In this document: positions 16,462 to 26,613 of the stretch, piece after piece
Numbering within the stretch: position 1 is the first letter of the stretch
Layout: each line of letters opens with the position of its first letter
Assembly: GCA_035623825.1 (NCBI GenBank)
Contig: DASPSR010000066.1
Location: 1 to 44,719 of the forward strand
Source of the DNA: Nitrospirota bacterium
GTDB taxonomy: Bacteria > Nitrospirota > UBA9217
Reading direction: 5' to 3'
Length of the DNA stretch: 44,719 nucleotides
Notes under the pieces: generated by a model
Told to the model about the DNA's origin: nothing
The model's database searches: none
The model's input: only the letters and a program-made list of their open reading frames with translations
Made by a program: the position numbers and the translations under genes

Positions 16462-17364
16462 ATGGATTTGCACCAGATAGAAATCTTTTGCACACTCATC
16501 AAACTCCGGAGCTTCTCACGGGCAGCGGAGGCGTTATACCTGACTCAACCCACGGTGAGCGGACATATCAAAAATCTGGAAACAGAGCTCGGGGTGAGGC
16601 TGCTCGACCGCCTGGGGAAGAGGGTGGTCCCCACGGAACAGGGCGAAATCCTCTACCGTTGCGGTCAGAAGCTCCTGGTGCTCCGGGACCAGGCAAGGCA
16701 GGAGATCGAGGCTGTCTCCGGAAGGATGAGCGGGCTTTTGAAAATCGGCGGGAGCACCATCCCGGGTGCTTACATTCTTCCTGCATTCATCGGCGCCTTC
16801 AAAAAGGAACATCCGTCCATTTCCATTCAGCTTATGATAGATGATACCGCCAAGGTCGCGCAGGCCGTGAAGGACGGTGAACTCTCCATTGGCATCGTGG
16901 GCGCGCGGGTCTCCGATGGACACCTGGAATCTCACGCCTTCCTCACCGATGAGCTTGTCGTCGCCGTTCCCCCTGACCATCCCTGGGCGCACAAAAAGAG
17001 CATTCACGTTGAAGCCTTGAAGAACGAGCCGTTCATCTTGCGCGAGGAGGGTTCGGGTACCCGGCTTATCATGGAAGAGCATCTTGAAAAGTCAGGGCTC
17101 TCTCTCGCGGAACTGAATACGGTGGCCGTGGTAGGGAGCAGTGATGCCGTACGTCAGGCCGTCAAGGCGGGGCTCGGCGTTTCCATTCTTTCCATTCGCG
17201 CACTGCAGAGCGATATCGAGACAGGGCGAATTTCAGCCGTGCGATTGAAGGGGCTTCGGCTCGAACGGAGCTTTGCGGTCATTCTCCTCAAGGGCAAGAG
17301 CCGGTCACCTCTGTGCCAGGGGTTCCTCGACTTCCTGATGAAGGAAAAGCAACGTTTCTCTTGA
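16462..17364 (+). CDS. LysR-family transcriptional regulator (CysL-like)
   Basis: HTH SFSRAAEALYLTQPTVS. Effector domain GSTIPG and LREEGSGTR. Confidence 0.93.
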   Translation: MDLHQIEIFCTLIKLRSFSRAAEALYLTQPTVSGHIKNLETELGVRLLDRLGKRVVPTEQGEILYRCGQKLLVLRDQARQEIEAVSGRMSGLLKIGGSTIPGAYILPAFIGAFKKEHPSISIQLMIDDTAKVAQAVKDGELSIGIVGARVSDGHLESHAFLTDELVVAVPPDHPWAHKKSIHVEALKNEPFILREEGSGTRLIMEEHLEKSGLSLAELNTVAVVGSSDAVRQAVKAGLGVSILSIRALQSDIETGRISAVRLKGLRLERSFAVILLKGKSRSPLCQGFLDFLMKEKQRFS

Positions 17365-17647
17365 TCTCCCTGACAGCGGCGTCGACCACGAAAACGTACA
17401 TTCCAATACGCTAAACGCTGTTTTATGCTGGACCGTTTTTTTTACCCCAGCGGGACTATCTCTTTCAGCCGGCGAACTGAGAAAGGCGTGCTTCTCTGGC
17501 ACGGCTGCCGGGCAGGAGGCAAGCTGTCTTGATTGCCACAGGGGAGCCGGGAAGATGAGACAAAAGAGGCTTTCCCTGCCGCAGAGAAAGGCCCTTTTAT
17601 TTTCCTGCCAGCGGAAACCTTCACCATGACTCTGCCGAATAAAAACC

Positions 17648-17676
17648 TTGACTCTTTCTTTTGGTACTTCTAAAAT
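17648..17676 (+). promoter_or_regulatory. Sigma-70 promoter of the kinase-methyltransferase pair
   Basis: TTGACT-N17-TAAAAT. Confidence 0.7.
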
Positions 17677-17704
17677 GATGGGACTTTTTCGTATCAATCA
17701 GGAC

Positions 17705-18328
17705 ATGAAGGAAGATCTGACATACACCGAAGCGCGCTTGAACGTTGAGAAGGTAATCGCACAGGGAAGATCATTCAAAGCGGACGTCTTCATCTCCCGT
17801 GCGAACAACCGGCGGTTTGTGGTCAAGGATTTCGGAAACAGAGGCTTCTGGGAGCGGAACTTCATCGGGCGCATAGTAATCGGCAGGGAGATCCGGGCGT
17901 ACACCGCGCTTGCCGGCGTTGATGGTCTGCCGTCACGGTTCAAGAGGCTCACCCCGTTTTCTCTTGCCATAGAGTACCTCGAGGGCAGAGACCTCGGAAG
18001 TGTTGAGCGGGGCGAGATAGGCCCCGGCGTCCTCCGGCAGTTCGAACAGATCATCGAGGATTTGCATGAACGCGGATGGGTCCACCTGGATCTCCAGAAG
18101 AGATCGAATATCCTGCTTGTCAACGGCAAGGTCTTCGTGGTGGACCTGGCATCGGCTTTTCATCCAGGCGGCGTGCCGCTTGCGGGCCGGTGTCTCACCG
18201 GTCTGCTCGGTTTTGCCGACCGAATATCACTCATCAAGTTGAAGAGTATTTATGCTCCAGAACTTATTACGGCGAAGGAACAAAAATGGCTGAAGCTGCG
18301 GAACCTCGTGATGCCGACGAAGTGGTGA
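17705..18328 (+). CDS. Protein-kinase-like fold enzyme (RIO/Kdo-kinase-like)
   Basis: VVKDF (ATP Lys), RE helix, catalytic loop VHLDLQKRSNILL, VVDLASA. Start inferred at ATG 17705. Confidence 0.8.
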   Translation: MKEDLTYTEARLNVEKVIAQGRSFKADVFISRANNRRFVVKDFGNRGFWERNFIGRIVIGREIRAYTALAGVDGLPSRFKRLTPFSLAIEYLEGRDLGSVERGEIGPGVLRQFEQIIEDLHERGWVHLDLQKRSNILLVNGKVFVVDLASAFHPGGVPLAGRCLTGLLGFADRISLIKLKSIYAPELITAKEQKWLKLRNLVMPTKW

Positions 18329-18358
18329 GGCAGTAACTGCAAAGCATCGGGTGAATGT

Positions 18359-18955
18359 ATGCTGATGCATCCAAAAAAATCTAAGGAGAGTGAGATGGCG
18401 GAAAAGGGAACCCTGCAGTACAAGCTGACGAAGATAACCGGGAAAACGGTGCTGGCGGGCGTCGTGGCAGTCATCCTGTTCTATCTGGCGAAGCCGGGAC
18501 CGGCATGGTTCCTGGTCGGAGCTGTAATCACGGCCCTCGGTGAGGCGCTTCGGCTTTGGGCCGCAGGACACCTCCGGAAGAACAAGCTGCTCACGACTAC
18601 CGGCCCCTACTCGTACGTGAAGAATCCGCTTTATATCGGAACTCTCCTCATCACGATAGGTTACAGTGCCATGGCAAGCAATGTCATTATCATGATCGGC
18701 GGTTTTGTGTGGTTCTTCCTCTACTATGCGCCGTACAAGAAGAAGCAGGAGAACGAGAAGCTCATCAGCAGCTTCGGCCCGTCCTGGGTCGAGTATGACA
18801 AGGCCGTGCCCGACTATCTCCCCCGGCTCACACCTTATCCCGGCAGGGGAACAAACCGTTGGAGCTACGACGTCGTGAAAGAGAATTCCGAACACGAGAC
18901 AGCCGTTGGTGTGTTCATCGGTTTTGTGGTGATGCTGTACCTGCTGTTGAGATAG
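18359..18955 (+). CDS. Membrane methyltransferase, ICMT/PEMT family
   Basis: TM helices and motifs LRLWAAG, LTTTGPYSYVKNPLYIG and FG...Y...VP. The start may be ATG 18395. Confidence 0.85.
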   Translation: MLMHPKKSKESEMAEKGTLQYKLTKITGKTVLAGVVAVILFYLAKPGPAWFLVGAVITALGEALRLWAAGHLRKNKLLTTTGPYSYVKNPLYIGTLLITIGYSAMASNVIIMIGGFVWFFLYYAPYKKKQENEKLISSFGPSWVEYDKAVPDYLPRLTPYPGRGTNRWSYDVVKENSEHETAVGVFIGFVVMLYLLLR

Positions 18956-19118
18956 GGGAAATTTTCTTATCGCCGGACTCAGCTGTTGTCTCTGCACAGC
19001 GGGGGTCCATCCTGAAGGTTTTATCCCTTTACAATTTGTCTTCACTCGTTGGCGGAGATGGCCTCTTGTGTATCCTGATTCATTGACACTGCCGCTCAAT
19101 CTGGAGTAATATTTATTC

Positions 19119-21125
19119 ATGCCGAAATTCAAGATCGTATCAGACTTCAAGCCAACCGGTGATCAGCCGCAGGCCATCGAAAAGCTTGCGGAGGGGGTCA
19201 TCAGGGGTCTCCCCCACCAGGTACTCCTGGGCGTTACGGGCTCGGGCAAGACCTTTACCATGGCGAACGTCGTCGAAAAGGTCCAGAAACCTGCGCTCGT
19301 GATCGCGCACAATAAAACACTGGCTGCCCAGCTTTACAATGAGTTCAAGGATCTCTTCCCGGATAACGCAGTGGAGTACTTCGTTTCGTACTATGACTAC
19401 TACCAGCCAGAAGCGTACCTCCCGACGACGGACACCTATATCGAAAAGGACTCATCCATCAACGAGCAGATCGACCGCATGCGCCACGCGGCCACGACGG
19501 CACTTTTCGAGCGGAACGACGTTATCATCGTAGCCTCGGTCTCGTGCATCTACGGCCTCGGCTCGCCCGAAGCGTACCACGGCATGCTGCTGTTCCTCGA
19601 ACAAGGCCAGCGCATCGAGCGGAACGACATCCTCCGGAAGCTCGTGGACATCCAGTATACGCGCAATGATTTTGACTTCCAGAGAGGGACATTCAGGGTC
19701 CGCGGCGATGTGGTCGAGATATTTCCGGCGTCATACGAGAACACGGCAGTCCGCATAGAGCTTTTCGGAGACGAGATCGACTCCATATCCGAATTCGATC
19801 CCCTGCTCGGAACACCGCTCCAGAAACTTGAAAGGATCGCTGTTTACCCGAGCAGCCACTATGTGATCCCCGATTCGCGGATGAAGACCGCCGTTGACGG
19901 CATCCACGAAGAGCTCCGTGAACGCATCCAGTATTTCCGCTCAGTGAACAAGCTCATCGAGGCACAGCGCATCGAGCAGCGTACGATGTTCGATCTGGAA
20001 ATGATCCAGGAGATGGGCTATTGCCACGGCATCGAGAACTATTCCCGCCACCTCTCGGGGAGGGCCCCGGGCGAGCCGCCGCCTACGCTCCTCGATTATT
20101 TCCCGAAGGACTACCTGTTGTTCGTTGACGAGTCCCACGCTACCGTCCCGCAGGTCAGTGGCATGTTCAATGGCGACAGGGCGAGAAAGCAGACGCTCGT
20201 TGATTATGGTTTCCGCCTGCCTTCAGCCTTGGACAACCGGCCGCTCAATTTTGAGGAGTTCGAAGCACGAGTGAACCAGACCGTCTACGTTTCGGCGACG
20301 CCCGCGGACTTCGAAGTAGAGAAATCGAAAGGAAGGGTCGTCGAACAGGTCATTCGGCCGACGGGCCTCACGGACCCGAAGATCACGCTCAAACCGGTCA
20401 AGGGGCAGGTGGACGATCTGTTGAATGAAATACGGAAGCGCGCAGAGACGGGCGAACGCGTGCTCGTCACGACGCTGACGAAACGCATGGCGGAGGACCT
20501 CACCGAGCATTACAAGGAACTGAACGTAAAGGTAGCGTACCTTCACTCGGATATCGACACGCTTGAGAGAGTGGACATCATTCGCGACCTGCGCATGGGG
20601 AAGTACGATGTTCTCATCGGCATTAATCTCCTGCGCGAAGGGTTGGATATCCCCGAGGTGTCGCTCGTCGCGATCCTTGATGCTGACAAAGAAGGGTTCC
20701 TCCGTTCGTCGCGCTCGCTCATCCAGACCATGGGCCGGGCAGCGCGAAACGTGAACGGAGAGGTGATCCTGTACGCGGAGCGCATAACCGATTCGATGAG
20801 GAACTCCATCGCCGAAACGAACCGGCGCCGTCACGTGCAGGAGGGATATAATAAGGAACACGGCATTACGCCACACTCCATCAAGAAGAATATCCAGGCA
20901 ACACTTCGCACCGTGTACGAGCAGGATTACTTCACGGTGCCTGTCGACGCTGAGGAGGCAGGCGAGCACGTGCCCACGGTGAATCTCCCTGCGCTGATCG
21001 CTTCACTCGAAAGACAGATGCGTGCTGCAGCAAAGGAGCTGGATTTTGAAACAGCGGCCGGCCTCCGCGACAAGATCAAATCGCTTCGGCAGCAGGAAAT
21101 GGCTGTCGGGGTGAAGGTCGACTAG
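19119..21125 (+). CDS. uvrB: Excinuclease ABC subunit B
   Basis: Motifs [39 protein letters not shown] and a C-terminal UVR domain. Confidence 0.99.
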   Translation: MPKFKIVSDFKPTGDQPQAIEKLAEGVIRGLPHQVLLGVTGSGKTFTMANVVEKVQKPALVIAHNKTLAAQLYNEFKDLFPDNAVEYFVSYYDYYQPEAYLPTTDTYIEKDSSINEQIDRMRHAATTALFERNDVIIVASVSCIYGLGSPEAYHGMLLFLEQGQRIERNDILRKLVDIQYTRNDFDFQRGTFRVRGDVVEIFPASYENTAVRIELFGDEIDSISEFDPLLGTPLQKLERIAVYPSSHYVIPDSRMKTAVDGIHEELRERIQYFRSVNKLIEAQRIEQRTMFDLEMIQEMGYCHGIENYSRHLSGRAPGEPPPTLLDYFPKDYLLFVDESHATVPQVSGMFNGDRARKQTLVDYGFRLPSALDNRPLNFEEFEARVNQTVYVSATPADFEVEKSKGRVVEQVIRPTGLTDPKITLKPVKGQVDDLLNEIRKRAETGERVLVTTLTKRMAEDLTEHYKELNVKVAYLHSDIDTLERVDIIRDLRMGKYDVLIGINLLREGLDIPEVSLVAILDADKEGFLRSSRSLIQTMGRAARNVNGEVILYAERITDSMRNSIAETNRRRHVQEGYNKEHGITPHSIKKNIQATLRTVYEQDYFTVPVDAEEAGEHVPTVNLPALIASLERQMRAAAKELDFETAAGLRDKIKSLRQQEMAVGVKVD

Positions 21126-21251
21126 GGGCGAGATATTTATGACCCTGAAAGGAAGACGCCGGGACGTTCCAAGCTGTCCGGGAGTCAATGTCATGTGAGG
21201 AAACCACGGGGTGTGTTATCCTCTTCAGGGGATGGATTGACCATTTTAAAG

Positions 21252-21279
21252 AAAAAGGGCGTTCGTAAAGAACGCCCTT
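21252..21279 (-). terminator. Intrinsic terminator for the minus-strand gene pair (possibly bidirectional)
   Basis: AAGGGCGTTC-GTAAA-GAACGCCCTT hairpin, preceded by an A-run on the plus strand. Confidence 0.7.
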
Positions 21280-21347
21280 CGACCTAAATGCTATCAAAAA
21301 TCGCCTCCGGGATAACCGCTACCGTGATGGCCTCCGTCCCATCCCGG

Positions 21348-21908
21348 CTACGGTTCAGGCACTCCCGACGGAGGCGCGGGATAAACAGGCGCCGTTTCGT
21401 TTAGAACGGGTCCGGACAGATCGGGCGGGGGCGGCGGAGGCGGCCGTCGAACAACCCGTGTCCGTACCATGCCAGGGATTACATTCCCCTTTAGATACAT
21501 GCATTGCTGATAGGCGATATCGTAGCGTCGCTGCGCCTCGTATCCATAGTATTGGCCAGTACTGGATCCCGATGCAGTACCGAGCAGGAGCCCTGAGGCT
21601 GCTCCGATCGCTGCGCCCGTGCCCGTAGCGCCTGAAGCTGCGCCGATCGCTGCTCCAAGACCGGCTCCGATCAGCGTGCCGGCCGCCGCTCCTGAGGCGG
21701 TATTCTGATTAACCGTTTCCTGGGGGCTCAGACCAATCTGCTGTCGCGCCCATTGTCTACAGAGACCATCGTCGGCTTGGAATTGCTCAAAGGTCTTACT
21801 CGAACCCGGCAAGACCATCACGCTCGGGCCCGATGGCACAGTGACACATCCGCCCAACATGGCTATTATCAGAAACGAGAAGGTGCGAAGTCTCAAGTTC
21901 ATGATCAT
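21348..21908 (-). CDS. Glycine-zipper lipoprotein with a Pro-rich tail
   Basis: Lipobox LGGC, GAxxGAxxG repeats, Cys pair (DDGLC ... QQCMY), poly-Pro tail. Confidence 0.85.
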   Translation of the reverse strand: MIMNLRLRTFSFLIIAMLGGCVTVPSGPSVMVLPGSSKTFEQFQADDGLCRQWARQQIGLSPQETVNQNTASGAAAGTLIGAGLGAAIGAASGATGTGAAIGAASGLLLGTASGSSTGQYYGYEAQRRYDIAYQQCMYLKGNVIPGMVRTRVVRRPPPPPPPDLSGPVLNETAPVYPAPPSGVPEP

Positions 21909-21921
21909 CTCTTCACTCCTT

Positions 21922-22332
21922 TCATTTCGATGGACCCGGGGTGGGAACGACCTTTAACCAGCCCTTGGGACACTGTTTGACGTAAGGGTAATAGGTCTTT
22001 GAATCCGGGCAATAATACCAGTAATACTCTTCCTCCTGCTGCTGGTTCTGCATGTCGTATACTGGCTGTTGCTGCTGGATCACCACGGGCGGAGATGAAT
22101 AGTATGGATAAGGGTACGCATAGGGATATCCGTATCCCGGACCCCACCATCCCGGACCCCACCACCCGGGACCGTACCATCCGGGTCCGATCCAGACTCC
22201 TCCACCCACAACCACATGGCCATGGTAACCACCGCCACCATGGTAATATCCGCCGCCATAAGAAAACGCAGGCACGGCAATCGTCAGAATCACCACGAGG
22301 CTCAAAAGAACAAGATAAACCCGCTTCTTCAT
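21922..22332 (-). CDS. Exported Gly/Tyr/Trp/Pro-rich protein with a C-terminal YWYYC...YYPYV..CP..W domain
   Basis: Signal peptide, GPGWW repeats and a Cys-containing C-terminal motif. Ends 13 nt upstream of the lipoprotein gene. Confidence 0.8.
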   Translation of the reverse strand: MKKRVYLVLLSLVVILTIAVPAFSYGGGYYHGGGGYHGHVVVGGGVWIGPGWYGPGWWGPGWWGPGYGYPYAYPYPYYSSPPVVIQQQQPVYDMQNQQQEEEYYWYYCPDSKTYYPYVKQCPKGWLKVVPTPGPSK

Positions 22333-22447
22333 TTATCTCACCCCTTCGTATTAATATTAAAACCAATCCTTATTAAAGCCGCTCAATCTGCCGACCACCA
22401 GTTGTTTCCCGTTGAAAACTGCTCAAGGCACAGATATCTATTTACAT

Positions 22448-22475
22448 TTAGACTTTCAGGCGGGCAAAAGGTTGA
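22448..22475 (-). promoter_or_regulatory. ECF sigma-type promoter candidate
   Basis: Minus strand reads TCAACC-N16-GTCTAA, facing the gene that starts at 22332. Confidence 0.55.
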
Positions 22476-22779
22476 ATGAGAAACTGTGCGGAAGACGCTG
22501 ATTTCTTTTACTTTTTGTAATCCCTTGGTCCGACAATTCTTTATCTCGATGCCCGCATGGTTCTTTACTCTCAAAACAAATTCATCGGGCTACATATAAA
22601 TTATACCGCAATTTTCACCTATGGTACAAGTTAATCTTTTTGACCGTGTATAGTTTTCACGTGCGCTCCCTTCGGAAAATGACCGTTGCATACTGCAGCG
22701 GAAAATGTTCGCGGCACCGATCTCACGTCGTGAATAACACATGTCCATCCTGTTTAATTCATGGTAAAATAATCGCACT

Positions 22780-24615
22780 ATGACGTTCGAAGAAAAACTT
22801 CACAACCTTCCGGATGCGCCGGGAGTATATCTCATGAAGGACGCCCGGGGGCATGTGATCTACATTGGCAAAGCCGTGAGCCTGAAGAACAGGGTGCGCT
22901 CGTACTTTCAGAAGGGCGCCAAGGGCGAGAAGATCGAGATCATGGTGCGCCAGATCGCAGACCTTGAAACCATTGTGACCCACACCGAGCTTGAAGCCCT
23001 GGCGTTGGAATCCAACCTCATCAAGAAGCACCGGCCCCGCTACAATGTCATTCTCCGTGACGACAAGAACTATCCTTATCTCCGATTCGACATCAAATCC
23101 GAATATCCTCGTCTTGAAGTCGTCCGCAGGCTCAAGAAGGACGGGGCTCTTTACTACGGCCCTTACGTCCCCGCCGGCGGCATGTGGGAGTCGCTCGCGC
23201 TCATTCGCAGGACATTCCCGATCGCCTCGTGTAAAAAAGAGCTGGGCAGGAAGAAGGAGCGGGCGTGCGTCCAGTTCCAGATAGGGCGGTGCATGGGACC
23301 ATGCACAGGCGAGGTAGATAAAGCGGCATACCGGGATGTGGCATCTCAGGTCCGGCTGTTCCTTGAAGGAAAAAACCGTGACCTCCTTGACTTGCTGAAG
23401 CAGCGCATGGAGGAAGCGTCGGAGAAGATGGAGTACGAGCGGGCAGCAGAGCTGCGGGACCGGATCGCGAGGATCGAGGGAGCTTTCGAGAAGCAGAAGA
23501 TCATCTCCCCTGGATTTGAGAATAAGGACGTGATCGGTACGGTGTCCGAAACTGGCCACACCGACATCCAGGTCCTCTTCATCAGGAATGGTTTGCTGCT
23601 TGGCCGCAAGGATTTCTTTCTTGATGACGTGCCCGGTATGACGAGCGATGCGATGCTTGCGGAATTCCTGCACCAGTTCTACGCCAAGGAAATGATCGTT
23701 CCAGCTGAAGTGCTGCTTCCGTCGGAAATTCCTGACCGTAAGGTCTTCGAGAGCTGGCTTACGGAAAAGCGCGGTGCGAAGGTCGAGGTCCTTATTCCGC
23801 AGAGGGGGAGAAAAAGGGAACTGGTGCAGATGGCCTCTGACAACGCAAGCCAGTCGCTCCGCGAGCACCTGCTCTCCCGAAGGAGCAAGGAGCGCATCCT
23901 CCTTGGGCTTCAGGAAGAGCTGGGGCTCAGAAGCCTCCCGCGCAGGATCGAGGCATTCGACATTTCGACCATCCAGGGTGCTGAATCGGTGGCGAGCATG
24001 GTCTCCTTCGAGGATAACTTGCCAGACAAGCGGAACTATAAGCGGTATAAGATCCGATCCGTTCAGGGACAAGATGACTTCGCGAGCATGGCAGAGGTCA
24101 TCCGCAGAAGATACACAGGAGCGAAAGGGGAAGGAACCCTGCCAGATCTGATTCTGATCGACGGCGGAAAGGGGCAGCTGAACGCTGCGCTCGATGTGCT
24201 TGAAGAACTCGGCATCGAAGGGCCCGATGTCGTCGGATTGGCAAAGGCGCGGAGCGGGGAAGAGGGGACGGGAAAAGAGTTCGAACGGGTATTCCTGCCC
24301 GGATTGGAAGAGCCGATCATCCTCGAACCCACCAGCGCGACCACGCACCTGCTGGCGCGCGTGCGGGATGAGTCGCATCGCTTCGCCATTACGTATCATC
24401 GGAAGCTCCGAGAGAAACGTGCGGTGCATTCCGAGCTTGACGACATCCCCGGCATCGGCGAGACAAGGAAGAAGGCGCTGCTTCGCCATTTCGGCAGCGT
24501 AGAAAGGGTCAAACAGGCAACAGTGGAGGAACTGTCGGCTGTAACAGGGATGACGAAAAAGGCGGCTGAAGAAATTGCAGAATTTTATAAAAAGAGGCTG
24601 GTAGAGCAAGGTTAG
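22780..24615 (+). CDS. uvrC: Excinuclease ABC subunit C
   Basis: GIY-YIG domain (PGVYLM...IYIGKA), RIEAFDIS, LIDGGKGQL, RDESHRFA and HhH (IPGIG). Confidence 0.99.
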   Translation: MTFEEKLHNLPDAPGVYLMKDARGHVIYIGKAVSLKNRVRSYFQKGAKGEKIEIMVRQIADLETIVTHTELEALALESNLIKKHRPRYNVILRDDKNYPYLRFDIKSEYPRLEVVRRLKKDGALYYGPYVPAGGMWESLALIRRTFPIASCKKELGRKKERACVQFQIGRCMGPCTGEVDKAAYRDVASQVRLFLEGKNRDLLDLLKQRMEEASEKMEYERAAELRDRIARIEGAFEKQKIISPGFENKDVIGTVSETGHTDIQVLFIRNGLLLGRKDFFLDDVPGMTSDAMLAEFLHQFYAKEMIVPAEVLLPSEIPDRKVFESWLTEKRGAKVEVLIPQRGRKRELVQMASDNASQSLREHLLSRRSKERILLGLQEELGLRSLPRRIEAFDISTIQGAESVASMVSFEDNLPDKRNYKRYKIRSVQGQDDFASMAEVIRRRYTGAKGEGTLPDLILIDGGKGQLNAALDVLEELGIEGPDVVGLAKARSGEEGTGKEFERVFLPGLEEPIILEPTSATTHLLARVRDESHRFAITYHRKLREKRAVHSELDDIPGIGETRKKALLRHFGSVERVKQATVEELSAVTGMTKKAAEEIAEFYKKRLVEQG

Positions 24616-24715
24616 AGGCTTTCATCGTCGAGACCTGCCAGAAATCCTCGATATATAATATAATCAACCGAATGATTCTGTGCCGAACTGTGGTTGCAAC
24701 GACCAAGGAGTTTTC

Positions 24716-25534
24716 ATGACGAACGAACAGTGGCTCGAAGTCTTCAAATCGATGGGCAAAAAAATGCGCGATGGGCTTCGCGACATCCTGAGCAGGGAAG
24801 GTGGAAAGGTCCCACTTGGCAAAGGTGCGGGCGGAGACAAGACATTCCCCGTCGACAAGTGGGCTGAAGACATCATCATCGCCGCGCTCGAAGAAGTCCA
24901 GAAGCAGGGGGAGTCCTTCACGCTCATCTCCGAAGAGCTCGGCATCAGGAAATTCGGTGATGGAAGAAAAATCGTGCTTGTGGACCCCATCGACGGCAGC
25001 AACAACGCCAAGACCGGCATACCCTTTTTCTCCACGTCAATAGCCTTGCTCAACGGCGACAGGCTTGCCGACCTGAGCGTAGCCTACGTCATGAACCTCC
25101 CCGCGGACGATGAGTTTTGGGCGGTGCGCGGCCAGGGAGCATTTAAGAACGGCTTGCGCATCAGGACATCGGCAGCCGAGGGGATCATCATCGTCGCCTT
25201 TGAGGCGTCGTCTCCGAAGTCGGACCTCCCGCGTATCATGCCGCTGCTTCAACAGGCGAAACGGACGCGGTGCTTCGGATCAACCGCCCTGGACCTTTCG
25301 TATCTTGCATCGGGCGCGCTCAGCGCGTTTGCGACGGCAACCGCATCACGAGCTTTTGATTACGCGGCAGGCATGCTGATACTCGAGGAGGCTGACGGTG
25401 TGATCACCGATCTCTCGGGAGATCAGCTTGATCACCTTCTCGTCGGACTGGACAGGACAGTGCCGTTGCTGGCAACCGCAAATGAACGGCTCCACCTCAT
25501 TGCGCTGAACCTGCTTGCGCAAAAGGGGCCATAA
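24716..25534 (+). CDS. Inositol monophosphatase / bifunctional FBPase-IMPase family protein
   Basis: Motifs ISEE, VDPIDGS, FGSTALDL and FDYAAG. ATG 24716 behind AAGGAG. Confidence 0.88.
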   Translation: MTNEQWLEVFKSMGKKMRDGLRDILSREGGKVPLGKGAGGDKTFPVDKWAEDIIIAALEEVQKQGESFTLISEELGIRKFGDGRKIVLVDPIDGSNNAKTGIPFFSTSIALLNGDRLADLSVAYVMNLPADDEFWAVRGQGAFKNGLRIRTSAAEGIIIVAFEASSPKSDLPRIMPLLQQAKRTRCFGSTALDLSYLASGALSAFATATASRAFDYAAGMLILEEADGVITDLSGDQLDHLLVGLDRTVPLLATANERLHLIALNLLAQKGP

Positions 25535-25581
25535 GAGTCCGCAGTATTGACATACCCGGCATTTTGTGTAATGATGAAGCG

Positions 25582-26505
25582 ATGGCATTAGTCAACCATA
25601 CCACGCGGGAGATAAACTCGAAGATCGTTTACTATGGGCCAGGTCTCTGCGGGAAAACGACGAACATCCATCTAATCTATCACCGGATTGCTCCCAACCA
25701 GCGGGGCAAGCTCATTTCCCTTTCTACTGAAACGGACCGGACCCTGTTCTTCGACTTTCTCCCCGTGGAGCTCGGGACCATAAAAAATTACCGCGTGCGG
25801 TTCCATCTTTACACAGTACCTGGCCAGGTTTTCTACAACGCCACGCGCAAGCTTGTCCTCAAGGGCGCGGACGGTGTGATCTTCGTGGCAGACTCGCAGC
25901 GCGCCATGATGGACGCGAATCTCGAAAGCCTGGCGAACCTCCGGGATAACTTCGCCGAAATGGGCATTGACCTGACTGACTTCCCCATGGTGATCCAGTA
26001 TAACAAGCGGGATCTGCCTGATATCATGTCCATAGAAGAGCTGAACGAAGCCCTAAACCCGCGCGATATCCCGTTCTACGAGGCGATCGCGACGACCGGC
26101 GATGGTGTGCTCAAGACTTTCACCGCCGTCTCCAAGATCGTACTTCAGGACATGCAGAAGTTCCCCGAACGCCACAATTTCACCCTCCGCGACGTCATCG
26201 GAAAGGAAGAAAAGAGGCCGCCTGCGCCGAAAGGGCGCTTCAAAGAACGGCCCCCGGACGAGCACTTGATGCCGGACGCGCCTATGGAAAAGGCCACAAC
26301 CGCGGCGCCCGCACTTGAAAAGGGGGCGGACGACGGAATGAAAGTGAATCTCGGGAAACCGTTCATGGATGATCGGCAGATCATCCTTCCTTTCGACGTC
26401 CTGACAAGGGACCGGGAAGACCAGTTTCAGCTCCGCGTCGCGATCGATATGGAAGCACCGCTGTCGAAACGGTTTAAAGTCGTTGTGAAGAACTTCAAAA
26501 AATGA
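25582..26505 (+). CDS. mglA: MglA-family small GTPase with a C-terminal extension
   Basis: Motifs KIVYYGPGLCGKTTN, RTLFFDF, TVPGQ and NKRD, plus about 115 extra C-terminal residues. Confidence 0.9.
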   Translation: MALVNHTTREINSKIVYYGPGLCGKTTNIHLIYHRIAPNQRGKLISLSTETDRTLFFDFLPVELGTIKNYRVRFHLYTVPGQVFYNATRKLVLKGADGVIFVADSQRAMMDANLESLANLRDNFAEMGIDLTDFPMVIQYNKRDLPDIMSIEELNEALNPRDIPFYEAIATTGDGVLKTFTAVSKIVLQDMQKFPERHNFTLRDVIGKEEKRPPAPKGRFKERPPDEHLMPDAPMEKATTAAPALEKGADDGMKVNLGKPFMDDRQIILPFDVLTRDREDQFQLRVAIDMEAPLSKRFKVVVKNFKK

Positions 26506-26613
26506 TCCGCTGATACTGCAGGACGTATTCGTTGAGATCTGTGCCGCAGCGTAATCGATATCAGCGAAAACCAGCCATCCCTGCTTCCGGATATTCAGTG
26601 TCATGAGGCGAGC

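Noticed and set aside
17400-17640. Possible SRP, 6S or other ncRNA in the lysR-kinase spacer
   Set aside because: No SRP GGAA-loop core, tRNA arms or long 6S-type duplex were found.
18227-19150. 307-aa minus-strand ORF
   Set aside because: It overlaps three supported plus-strand genes and has no motif.
22132-22190. Short tandem repeats as a CRISPR or VNTR
   Set aside because: They are 15-nt coding repeats for GPGW(W/Y), with no spacers and no cas genes.
22759-24609. 616-aa antisense ORF
   Set aside because: It is a shadow of uvrC on the opposite strand, expected from GC-rich codon bias, and has no recognisable motifs.
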